Counted from the stretch's first letter, positions 18,972-27,983 are shown. The stretch is 64,000 nt of DNA from Chthoniobacterales bacterium (GCA_038208565.1 JBBQYR010000002.1:13234-77233); one strand, 5' to 3'. Program-made: numbers and translations. Notes: a model not told the origin generated them from the letters alone.

Positions 18972-20537
18972 GTGGTCGCGCGCTGCGCTACGGGTGTCTT
19001 CTTCGCGGTTTGTGGCCTCGTCGCGAGCGCCGCCGAGCCGACACTCACCCACCTCTTCCCCGCCGCCGGCACCCGCAGCACGACCGTCACCGTGCGACCG
19101 AGCGGGAAGTTTGCGCCGTGGCCGGTGCAAGTCTGGGTCGATGCGCCGGGCATCGTTTTCAAAGCGCTGCCTAAGGCAGGTGAGTTCGACGTGGAGATCG
19201 CGCCGGACGCCGCGCCCGGGCCGCACCTGATCCGGCTTTTCAACGGCGAAGGCGCATCGGCGCCGCGTTTCTTCATCGTCTCCACGGCACCGGAGCCGCT
19301 CGATGCCGAGCCGAACGACCACTTCAAAAAACCGCAGCCGATCGCTGGCCTTCCCGCGACGATCAACGGCCAGCTCAACAAAGCAGGCGATGTCGATTCC
19401 TTCGCCGTCACCTTAAAGAAAGGCGAGACGCTGACCGCGCGCGTCGAGGCCTACGTGCTCGGCTCCACCTTCGACGGCATGCTCCGCCTCGTCGATGAAA
19501 GCGGCACGCAGCTCGCCTTCAACCACGACGACGGGCGCACGCTCGATCCGCGACTCACGTGGACCGCCCCGAGCGATGGCGTCTTCATTGTGCAACTCAT
19601 GGGGTTCGTTTATCCGGCCACATCTGGCGTCGGCTTCACCGGCGGCGAAGGCTGCATCTACCGCCTGCACCTCACCACGCAGCCGCAGCCGGCCATCACC
19701 TTGCCGCCGCACGATCCCGAGCGCGGTGCGGAAATCGCCGAGCAGGAGCCGAACCACACGGCCAGCACCGCGCAGGCCGTCGAATCGCCGGGCGCCATCT
19801 CCGGCGCGATCGCCGCTGCCAACGACGAAGACCGCTTCACCTTCACCGCCACCAAGGGAAAGATCTACGACCTGCGCCTGCTCGCCGCGCGCGCGGGTTC
19901 GCCGCTCGATGCCTGGCTGAAGATCGAAGACAAGGACGGCAAACAACTCGCGCGCAGCGACGACGCCGAGGGCTCGCGCGATCCGCTGCTCATCTGGACC
20001 GCGCCGAGCGATGGCGTCTTCATCGCCGCGATCGGCGATCTCGCACACCGCGGCGGTCGCGACTTCCTCTATCGCCTCGCCATCACCGAGGCGCAGCCCA
20101 CCCTCACCGCCAGCACGGCGAGCCACGCAGTCGTCGTCACCGCCGGCAAGACGGGCGAAATCAAGGCGACCGTGAAGCGCGTGAATGGGTTGAAAGGGAA
20201 GCTGCAACTCGCGGCGAAGAAATTACCCGAAGGCGTCACCGCGGCGGAAGTCGAGGTGCCGGAGAAAGGCGGTGAGGTGACCTTGAAAATCGTCGCCACG
20301 GAAACCGCCGCCGCGGTCAGCCAGCCGTTCCAGCTTGTCGTGCGCGATATGGAGTCCGGCACCGAGCACCCGGTCTCCCATTTCATGACCACGACCGGCG
20401 AAAACAACGGCGTGCCGCAGGGCTATACCGATCTGGTGATCGACTCGACCGATCAGCTCTGGCTCACCGTCATCGCCGCAGCCCCGCCGAAGACCGACGC
20501 GCCGCCGGTGGCTCCGCCCGGGGAAAAAGCACCGTGA
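18972..20537 (+). CDS. Exported PPC (pre-peptidase C-terminal)-repeat protein
   Basis: Signal peptide; EPND/EPNH motifs; duplicated module DPRLTWTAPSDGVF / DPLLIWTAPSDGVF; no recognisable protease catalytic domain. Confidence 0.82.
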   Translation: MVARCATGVFFAVCGLVASAAEPTLTHLFPAAGTRSTTVTVRPSGKFAPWPVQVWVDAPGIVFKALPKAGEFDVEIAPDAAPGPHLIRLFNGEGASAPRFFIVSTAPEPLDAEPNDHFKKPQPIAGLPATINGQLNKAGDVDSFAVTLKKGETLTARVEAYVLGSTFDGMLRLVDESGTQLAFNHDDGRTLDPRLTWTAPSDGVFIVQLMGFVYPATSGVGFTGGEGCIYRLHLTTQPQPAITLPPHDPERGAEIAEQEPNHTASTAQAVESPGAISGAIAAANDEDRFTFTATKGKIYDLRLLAARAGSPLDAWLKIEDKDGKQLARSDDAEGSRDPLLIWTAPSDGVFIAAIGDLAHRGGRDFLYRLAITEAQPTLTASTASHAVVVTAGKTGEIKATVKRVNGLKGKLQLAAKKLPEGVTAAEVEVPEKGGEVTLKIVATETAAAVSQPFQLVVRDMESGTEHPVSHFMTTTGENNGVPQGYTDLVIDSTDQLWLTVIAAAPPKTDAPPVAPPGEKAP

Positions 20538-20582
20538 TTCGCCTCGACGACCCGCGCGCGCATCCTCAACTTCGCTGAAGCC

Positions 20583-21323
20583 ATGCGGATGCTCTTCGTC
20601 GCCGACCTCCACTACGCGCTGAAGCAGTTTGATTGGCTGGCGAAAACCGCGGTGCATTTCGAACTCGTCGTCATCGGCGGCGACCTGCTCGACCTCGCCT
20701 CGCCCGTCGATCTCGATGTGCAGATCACCGTCGTGGAGAAATATCTCCAGCGCATCGGGGAACAGACGCGCCTGCTCGTCTGCTCCGGCAATCACGATGG
20801 CGACGCCCGCTCCGAGGCCAATGAATCCGTCGCGCGCTGGCTGCAGGAGGCCAAGGCCGCGGAAGTGTTTGTCGATGGCGACAGCGTGGAAGTCGGCGAC
20901 ACGCTCATCACCGTCTGCCCGTGGTGGGATGGGCCGGAATCCCGCGCCGCCATCGGAGCGCAGCTCGCCCGCGATGCCGCCCGCCTCAAGGCCCGCTGGA
21001 TCTGGGTTCATCATTCGCCGCCCGATCAATCGCCCGTGAGCTGGACGGGGCGCAAGTTTGGCGGCGACGAATTCCTGCCCGGCTGGATCCAGCAGTATCA
21101 GCCGGACGTCGTCCTCTCCGGCCACATCCACAATGCACCCTTCCACGCCGAGGGCGCGTGGATCGACCAGCTCGGAAAAACGTGGGTCTTCAATCCCGGC
21201 CAGCAGATCGGGCCGCGCCCGGCGTTCATCGCGCTCGACCTCGACACCATGCAGGCCGAGTGGTGTTCGCTGGAGGGAACCGGCACCCAGGATCTGCGCG
21301 CCGTCCTCGCGAAGGAAGCCTAG
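20583..21323 (+). CDS. Calcineurin-like metallophosphoesterase (Icc-related)
   Basis: All five motifs present: ADLH, GGDLLD, GNHD, HH, GHIH; then FNPG. Confidence 0.9.
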   Translation: MRMLFVADLHYALKQFDWLAKTAVHFELVVIGGDLLDLASPVDLDVQITVVEKYLQRIGEQTRLLVCSGNHDGDARSEANESVARWLQEAKAAEVFVDGDSVEVGDTLITVCPWWDGPESRAAIGAQLARDAARLKARWIWVHHSPPDQSPVSWTGRKFGGDEFLPGWIQQYQPDVVLSGHIHNAPFHAEGAWIDQLGKTWVFNPGQQIGPRPAFIALDLDTMQAEWCSLEGTGTQDLRAVLAKEA

Positions 21324-21769
21324 TCCCGCGCCCGCGGGTGGCGGTGCATCAGCGCTTCGAGCACTTGATCCACCATCCCGAGATGATCGTGCCCCACGTA
21401 CTGGCGCTTCACGTCCACGAGATATTTGTTCAGCGAATCGAGGCGGCGGGCGAGCAGTTCGGCCACTTGCAGACTGGCCTCGGCGGAGCCGGCGAGAAAG
21501 GCGCGCGGATCATCCACGACCGCGAAGGAGGAAGCTTTCAGCGTGCGGACAGTCGCGGTATGCGCGCCGCCGAGCAGCGCCGCCATTTCGCCGAAGACCG
21601 CGCCCGGCGTGCTGGCCTTGGCGATGCGCACGCCCTCGCGGAAGACCTCCACCTCGCCTTCGATCAGCACATACATGCGACCGGAATCATGGCGCTGCTC
21701 CAGCACGACTTCCCCGGCGGCGAAACGCTGCACGGGATATTTCCCGACGAGATTGAGAAGGGTGCTCAT
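21320..21769 (-). CDS. Stand-alone cyclic nucleotide-binding domain protein
   Basis: AGEVVLEQ, MYVLIEGEVEV, PGAVFGEMAALLGGAHTATVR, then helices; no HTH. Confidence 0.88.
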   Translation of the reverse strand: MSTLLNLVGKYPVQRFAAGEVVLEQRHDSGRMYVLIEGEVEVFREGVRIAKASTPGAVFGEMAALLGGAHTATVRTLKASSFAVVDDPRAFLAGSAEASLQVAELLARRLDSLNKYLVDVKRQYVGHDHLGMVDQVLEALMHRHPRARD

Positions 21770-21899
21770 CGGGGGCGGAGCATTACCGCTCTGCCCCGCG
21801 CGGGTAAATGGAAAATCCTGACTTGGTTCACCAGCGACCCGATTTATCGGCGAATCTCTTTAGCCCTGGACTCCACCCCTCGTGGGCGAGGCACCCCGA

Positions 21900-23231
21900 T
21901 CAGGAATGGCCGTTGGTCTTTTTCTTGATGGCCTCCACAAAGAAGCGGGTGAGCTTCTGCGCCACCTCGGTGATTTCGTCTTTGGTGAGGGGTTCCTGAT
22001 AGAAGTGTTGGATGGTCAGTGATGGATTGGCTGAAGGTAATGACACTTGGTAGTTCAACTGATCCAATGTCAGTAATATGACCGCAGTAAGATCAAAGGT
22101 GTCGAAGCGGGCTTTCTTAAAACCTCGCAAATCAAAATGCACCGGGACCCTGTGAATCACTCGGCTTTCCCAGCCAGTCGGACGTGGGGCCGCTTTCATG
22201 TGGAGAATGGTGGTTTCTCCCCCTCCCCACGAAAGTATGTTCTGAGCGAATAAATCGCACAGCGGGCTCATCAGCTTCACGATTTCCGCGAACAAAGGAT
22301 CGAATGAGTTCGCAAACACTCTTCTTTGCACATCTTGCGTTAGCACCTCCGGTTCCTCGCCGTGCTTCAACTCGATCTTGAGTAACGCGATTTCCTTCTC
22401 AAGGTCAGTTGGTTCATGAATTTCCTCCCCCCTTGCGGCGCGGACGAAGAGTTCCAGCGATACCACGACGTGCTCGGCGATGAAGCCGAGGAAATCGTCG
22501 TGTTCTTCCCGATCCGCTCTTCGCAGAGCCGCGAGATATTGATCCCTCTCGCTGATCCGAATCACTGCCGGTGGATAACCGGTTTGCATGAGCATGAGGT
22601 TCATGAGCAGGCGCGACATGCGACCATTCCCGTCGTCGAATGGGTGGATCGACGTGAACCGGTGGTGAAAGCGAGCGGCGATCTCGACCGGGTGCATCAC
22701 GCTTTTGGCCGTCTCGTTGCGGTACCAAGTCATCAAGTCCTGCATCTTCGCGGGCGTCTCCTCGGGAGTGGCGTAGTAGTGTGTTTCACCCGTGGGCGTG
22801 CGGACGTGGTTGGCCTGGGTCTTGTATTGGCCAAGTGCCACGGTTTTCATCGTCGGCAGCCCATCGGGAGTGATCGCCTGCACCTGATACGGCTCGACGA
22901 GTAAAATCTCGTGCAGCTTCCGCATCGCCGCTTCGGTCAGCACATCCTTGTCGTGGATGAAACCAAGCAGGTAGTTGATCGCGTTGCTATGGCCACGAAG
23001 ATCGAGATGATCCTTGAGCGGTTTGCCCTTCGCGGTGAGTCCTTCCATCAAGAACATCTCCGTCTCACCCTGCGTGAGCGTGTTCCCCTCAATGGCGTTC
23101 GAGTGATAGGTCCACCAAAGGCGGAACTTCTGCATCACCCGATCTTCCTGCTCTTTCTCCAGCGGACGCAGGCTGTCGAGTTGTGCTTTGGCAGAATCCA
23201 CGCGCTGCAAAAGTTCTGGAGTCTGGGACAT
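21900..23231 (-). CDS. Fic family protein with C-terminal extension
   Basis: Canonical HPFDDGNGRMSR; N-terminal inhibitory motif SNAIEG; visibly more AT-rich than flanking genes. Confidence 0.93.
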   Translation of the reverse strand: MSQTPELLQRVDSAKAQLDSLRPLEKEQEDRVMQKFRLWWTYHSNAIEGNTLTQGETEMFLMEGLTAKGKPLKDHLDLRGHSNAINYLLGFIHDKDVLTEAAMRKLHEILLVEPYQVQAITPDGLPTMKTVALGQYKTQANHVRTPTGETHYYATPEETPAKMQDLMTWYRNETAKSVMHPVEIAARFHHRFTSIHPFDDGNGRMSRLLMNLMLMQTGYPPAVIRISERDQYLAALRRADREEHDDFLGFIAEHVVVSLELFVRAARGEEIHEPTDLEKEIALLKIELKHGEEPEVLTQDVQRRVFANSFDPLFAEIVKLMSPLCDLFAQNILSWGGGETTILHMKAAPRPTGWESRVIHRVPVHFDLRGFKKARFDTFDLTAVILLTLDQLNYQVSLPSANPSLTIQHFYQEPLTKDEITEVAQKLTRFFVEAIKKKTNGHS

Positions 23232-23284
23232 GGGTGCGAAACTAACCGCGGACAAACGGTCGCTCAATCAACAACGCGCCAGCC

Positions 23285-23620
23285 TCACTCCACCGCTGGC
23301 CGATCCGCGGGGATCTTGAAGGCTCGGCGGGTGGGGGCGTTGAGTTTTTCGGTGTAGGGGAAGGCCTGGTCGGCAGCGAGTTGGAGGTCGACTCGGAGGC
23401 CGCGGACTTCGAGGAAGAGGGTGTTCACTTCGTCGTGCGCTTCCTGCCCGGCTTGGGTGGAGGTGTTTTGATCCTCGTCGCTGGCGATGTAGGCGGCCCG
23501 CCGCGCGGCGAGCCCGGTGAGGTCTTCCGCGATCACGCCCTTGAGGACGGCTTCGGGCAGAGTGGTGCCGGTGACGGCTTCGCGGGGTGCGGGGCGCGCC
23601 TCCCGCCGAGCGGTCGCCTC
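23285..23620 (-). pseudogene. Probable 5'-truncated gene remnant (or 83 aa protein from GTG 23536)
   Basis: Frame is open from 23620 to the stop at 23285 with no ATG. Protein-like helical sequence with host-like codons up to about 23580, then a GC-rich low-complexity stretch and an upstream in-frame stop. Confidence 0.5.
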
Positions 23621-23862
23621 TCAGATGCGCGAGGACGCGGGAAATCCGGGCAAACGAAGTCCTTCGCAACCTGCTGGGTTGCGTGCCGCGCACGCCAAAA
23701 TGTGTTGCCGCCTTCATTTCGTCTGGGGACGTTGCGGGAGTGTTTGTAGGTGAAAATGCGGGTGGGTGTCACGGCGATTTTTGTCGGCGTCGGGGATTGA
23801 AGGCGCGGGGCTTTCGCGCTGTGATGCGGCCCTTGCGCGCTCCTCGCGCGGCTTTCCCACCT

Positions 23863-25593
23863 ATGAGCACCCGTCGCACTCCCGAAGAACTCCGCAGCTT
23901 CCGTTGGTTCGGTCCGAATGATTTGCGGACGTTTGGCCAGCGCTCGCGGCTGAAGCAGATGGGGCTCGGGCCGGAGGATTGGGTGGGCAAGCCGGTGATC
24001 GCGATCCTGAATACGTGGAGCGACATCAATCCGTGCCACCTGCACTTCAAGGTGCTGGCGGAGAACGTGAAGAAGGGGGTGCTGCAGGCGGGCGGGATGC
24101 CGCTGGAAATCCCGGTGCTGTCGCTGGCGGAGAATTTCATGAAGCCGACGACGATGCTTTATCGGAATCTGCTGGCGATGGAGACGGAGGAGGTGCTGCG
24201 CAGTCACCCGATCGATAGCGCGGTGCTGCTCGGCGCGTGCGATAAGACGACGCCGGCGCTGATCATGGGCGCGCTCTCGGCGGCGCTGCCGTTCCTCTTC
24301 GTGCCCGGCGGGCCGATGCTGCACGGGCAGTGGCGCGACCAGACGCTCGGCTCGGGGACCGATGCGTGGAAGTATTGGGCGGAGTTGCGCGCGGGGAAAA
24401 TTTCGCAGGAGGATTGGTGCGAGATCGAGGATGGGATCGCGCGTTCGCACGGACACTGCATGACGATGGGCACGGCGAGCACGATGACGGCGATCACCGA
24501 GACGCTCGGGCTGACGCTGCCGGGGGCGTCGAGCATCCCGGCGAGCGATGCGCGGCACTGGCGCATGGCGGCGGCGACCGGGCGGCAGGCGGTGGAGAAT
24601 GCGTGGACGGACCTGAACCCGTCGAAGTTTCTGACGAGGGCGGCGTTTGAGAATGCGATCGTCGCGGACATGGCGGTGGGCGGTTCGACGAATGCGATCG
24701 TGCATCTCATCGCGATGGCGGGCCGCGCGGGGATCAAGCTGCCGCTGGAGGATTTCGACCGCATCTCGCGGAAGACGCCGCGGCTGGCCGATCTGCGGCC
24801 AGCGGGGAGATTTTTGATGGAGGACTTCTATTTCGCCGGCGGTCTGCCCGCGACGCTGGCGCAGTTGCTTGATCTCCTCGATGGCGACTGCCTGACGGTG
24901 AATGGCAAGACGCTGAAGGAGAACGTGAGCGACGCGAAGATCTGGAACACCGAAGTGATCCGCCCGCGCGAGAACGCGATCTCGGTGGAAGGTGGCACCG
25001 CGGTGCTGCGCGGGAATCTTTGCCCGAAGGGCGCAGTCATCAAACACAGCGCGATGGAGCCGCGCTTCCTCAAGCACACCGGCCCGGCGGTCGTGTTCAA
25101 GAATTACCCCGACCTTTCCAAGCGCCTCGACGACCCCGCGCTGAACATCACCGCGGACAGCGTGATGGTCCTGCAAAGCGCCGGCCCGATCGGCGCGCCG
25201 GGCATGCCGGAGTGGGGCATGCTCCCGCTGCCGAAGCGCCTGCTCGAAGCGGGCGTGCGCGACATCCTGCGGATCACCGATGCGCGGATGAGCGGTACGA
25301 GCTACGGCGCGTGCATCCTGCACGTCGCCCCGGAATCAGCCGTGGGCGGCCCGCTCGCGCTGGTGCGGGACGGCGACTTGATCACGCTCGATGTGGAAGC
25401 GCGCACGCTGACGCTGGAAGTCGCCGACGAAGAACTCGCCACGCGCCGCGCGGAGTGGAAACCCGCCGCTCCGCATTACGAGCGCGGCTACGGCGTGCTC
25501 TACCTCAACGAAGTGACGCAGGCCGACGAAGGCTGCGACTTCCGCTTTCTCCACTGGAACGGCAAACCCACGCCCGAGCCAGCGATCCATTAA
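23863..25593 (+). CDS. IlvD/Edd family sugar-acid dehydratase (L-arabinonate dehydratase-like)
   Basis: NPCH, RNLLAMETEE, CDKT, GHCMTMGTAST, GGSTN, GPIGAPGMPE, TDARMSGT, LHVAPE. Start ATG 23863. Confidence 0.92.
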   Translation: MSTRRTPEELRSFRWFGPNDLRTFGQRSRLKQMGLGPEDWVGKPVIAILNTWSDINPCHLHFKVLAENVKKGVLQAGGMPLEIPVLSLAENFMKPTTMLYRNLLAMETEEVLRSHPIDSAVLLGACDKTTPALIMGALSAALPFLFVPGGPMLHGQWRDQTLGSGTDAWKYWAELRAGKISQEDWCEIEDGIARSHGHCMTMGTASTMTAITETLGLTLPGASSIPASDARHWRMAAATGRQAVENAWTDLNPSKFLTRAAFENAIVADMAVGGSTNAIVHLIAMAGRAGIKLPLEDFDRISRKTPRLADLRPAGRFLMEDFYFAGGLPATLAQLLDLLDGDCLTVNGKTLKENVSDAKIWNTEVIRPRENAISVEGGTAVLRGNLCPKGAVIKHSAMEPRFLKHTGPAVVFKNYPDLSKRLDDPALNITADSVMVLQSAGPIGAPGMPEWGMLPLPKRLLEAGVRDILRITDARMSGTSYGACILHVAPESAVGGPLALVRDGDLITLDVEARTLTLEVADEELATRRAEWKPAAPHYERGYGVLYLNEVTQADEGCDFRFLHWNGKPTPEPAIH

Positions 25594-25613
25594 GAGGGTG
25601 GACCGGCGGACTT

Positions 25614-25707
25614 TACCGCAGAGAACGCCGAGAAGAAGGAGAGGAACGCAGAGAGATCTTCGTTTTCCCCTCTGCAGACCTCTCTGTTTTCTTTGCGCCT
25701 CTGCGGT
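25614..25707. repeat. REP-like inverted repeat between convergent genes
   Basis: Outer arms accgcagag...ctctgcggt; purine-rich left half and pyrimidine-rich right half; same architecture as the 5909 element. Confidence 0.7.
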
Positions 25708-25741
25708 CAGATAACCGCACTCCCACGACATCAGCAGTTCA

Positions 25742-26823
25742 CTAGCGCGAGCGAATCTCCGCGGTCTCGGCGAGCAGGAGCGCGGCGAGTGCTTCGAAAT
25801 TGATCGGTTTGGCGAAGTGCCGGTCGAAGCCGGCTTCGCGCGCCTTTTCCCGGTCGCCCTGCTGGGCGTAGCCGGAGATGGCGATCATCGGCGTGTCCGC
25901 GAATCCTTCCTCGCGCAAGCGCCGCGCCAGCGCGTAGCCATCGAGCCCGGGCAGGCCGATATCGAGGAGGAAAATGTCGGGCTTAAACTCCTGCGCGCGC
26001 TCGAGTGCGACGAGGCCATCGTAGGCGGTGGCGACTTCGTGCCCGCGGAGTTTCAGCAGCCGGGCAAAAGAATGCACGGTGTCGCGGTTGTCATCCACGA
26101 GCAGCACGCGCCGACTGCGCACGGCCCGCGGCGAAGACACAGGCGACTTCGAGATGGGCAGCGTGGTGTCTTCGTTCAGGAGCGGCAGGCGGACGGTGAA
26201 AGTGGCGCCTTCTCCGCGGCCATGAGCACGCCGTAGGTTTTTCCGGGATCGCTCCGCGCACGCACTGGGGCGGCCAGGACCGCCTCGAAGCGACCGGCCA
26301 TCCGGCGGGGAAGGCCCACATGCGCCTCGGTCAGGCCATGGCGAAACTCGGCCTCGGCGCCGACGTTGCGCCCGACCTGCTGGGGATCGCTGGACAGCAC
26401 GACCTGGCCCGCTGGATCGACGAGCGCGGCGGAGAGGATGGGAACGCCATTCGAGATTCTTTCGAGCGTCTGCTGCGAACCTGCGCGGTTTTGATCCGAC
26501 AAGGTCCCGTTCGCCAGCTCGTAGAAAAAGCCGCGCAGCTCGCCGCGATCGGTATTCAGCTCCACGCGCTGCTGGAGCAAGGCCACCTGCGCCTGGACCA
26601 CGGCGCAGCGACTGGCCGCCACCGCCGCGAGGTGCGCATCCACTTGGGTGCGCAAGACGTCGTGCCAGTAGGAGCCGCTGGCGATGAGCAGCCCGGAGAG
26701 CAGCACCGCGAGGGTGACGCCGACGAGCAGCGTGAGCTTGAGCACCACCGGAGTGGTCCGGCGCGGGCCCTTTTCCCGAACAGGGGCCACGCTCCCGGAA
26801 GTATTTTCAACTGAGTCGCTCAT
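25742..26823 (-). pseudogene. Internally deleted hybrid sensor histidine kinase (TM/sensor start joined out of frame to HATPase tail + receiver)
   Basis: Frame from ATG 26823 gives a TM helix and a periplasmic sensor-like region, stopping at 26176. Another frame from about 26215 reads GEGATFTVRLP...RVLLVDD...LLDIGLPGLDGY...AKP to the stop at 25742. Confidence 0.82.
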
Positions 26824-26853
26824 GTGGTGAAGCCGGTCGCATGCAACGTACCC

Positions 26854-26869
26854 AGCGAGGCTAGTGCCA
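26854..26869 (-). promoter_or_regulatory. Candidate sigma-54 promoter
   Basis: TGGCACTAGCCTCGCT with GG-N10-GC spacing, about 30 nt upstream of ATG 26823. Confidence 0.45.
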
Positions 26870-26953
26870 AGGAAACCCGCTCGCAATCGTCTCCTTTGGC
26901 GACTTCCCGCTTGCCCGGGCGCGCCGGAAAGGATGGAAAGGGGCACCGACCCG

Positions 26954-27868
26954 ATGAAGACGACGATTTCTCCCTCCGACCTGCAAAGCTCCGTCATTTC
27001 CGTGCCGCCGCTCTGCCGCGATTCTGCGCTCCGGCCCAATGCCGCCGAAAACGCGAAGCTCATCCGGCACATTGAGTCGGGCGGCGTCTCCACGCTGCTC
27101 TACGGAGGCAACGCCAATTTCTACAACATCGCGCTCAGCGAATACGCAACGGTGCTCGACCAGCTCGAAGCGGGCGCGGCAGCGAACACGCTGATCGTGC
27201 CGAGCATCGGGCCCTACTTCGGCACGGCGCTCGACCAGGCGGCGATCCTCGCGAAGCGGAATTTTCCGACCGCGATGCTGCTGCCGACGGTGGCGGTGAG
27301 TTCGCCCCAAGGCGTGCAGGCTGCGGTGTTGCGCATCGTCGAGAAGCTCGGCAAACCGATCGTGCTCTACATCAAGGACCAAGGCTACGTGACGCTCGAA
27401 GTCGTGGAATCGCTGGTCGCCGAGGGGGCGATCGCGTGGATCAAATACGCGGTCGTCCGCGACAACCCCGAGCAGGACGACCTCCTCGCCGGGCTCGTGC
27501 AGTCGGTCGATCCGAAACTCATCGTCAGCGGCATCGGCGAGCAGCCCGCGATCATTCATTGGCTGAAGTTTGGCGTTCACGCCTTCACGAGCGGCTGCGT
27601 TTGTGTGGCGCCCCGGCGTTCGCAGGAGTTGCTCAACGCCCTGCACGCGGGAGACATCGCCCTAGCGGAGGAGATTCGCGAGCGCTTCACCTCGCTCGAA
27701 AATCTCCGCAACGCGTATGGCCCGATCCCGGTGCTGCATCACGCGGTGTCGCTCGCCGGCATCGCCGAGACGGGACCGGCGCTGCCTTTGGTAAAGAATC
27801 TCGGCGACGACCTTCTCGATGAGATTCTCCCCGCCGCCCAAGGGCTGCTGGCGTGGAATCGCGCGTAA
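26954..27868 (+). CDS. DHDPS/NAL family protein (keto-deoxy sugar acid dehydratase/aldolase-like)
   Basis: N-terminal SVPP...ENAKLIRHI...YGGNANF, VLYIK, Schiff-base Lys in WIKYA, SGIGE. Start ATG 26954. Confidence 0.82.
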   Translation: MKTTISPSDLQSSVISVPPLCRDSALRPNAAENAKLIRHIESGGVSTLLYGGNANFYNIALSEYATVLDQLEAGAAANTLIVPSIGPYFGTALDQAAILAKRNFPTAMLLPTVAVSSPQGVQAAVLRIVEKLGKPIVLYIKDQGYVTLEVVESLVAEGAIAWIKYAVVRDNPEQDDLLAGLVQSVDPKLIVSGIGEQPAIIHWLKFGVHAFTSGCVCVAPRRSQELLNALHAGDIALAEEIRERFTSLENLRNAYGPIPVLHHAVSLAGIAETGPALPLVKNLGDDLLDEILPAAQGLLAWNRA

Positions 27869-27891
27869 GGGGCGGCGGCTCTTCCCAAGCA

Positions 27892-27983
27892 GTCAATCTG
27901 AGCGCTGCGAAGAACCGCTGATCTCGCTCCGGCATCCAACGCCCGCCGGGTGAGGAAAAACTGAAGTCACAGATTCTTCGCTG
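27892..27983. repeat. Degenerate REP-like palindrome pair
   Basis: gtcaatctgagcgctgcgaagaacc ... agattcttcgctg; core gcgaagaa (27907-27914) pairs with ttcttcgc (27974-27981). Confidence 0.45.

Noticed and set aside
19560-20025. Near-identical repeat tggaccgc.ccgagcgatggcgtcttcat
   Set aside because: Coding duplication of the PPC module.
20583-23231. Phosphoesterase + cNMP-binding + Fic genes as a Pycsar/CBASS-type defence operon
   Set aside because: No cyclase or effector domain, and the genes are not arranged as one operon.
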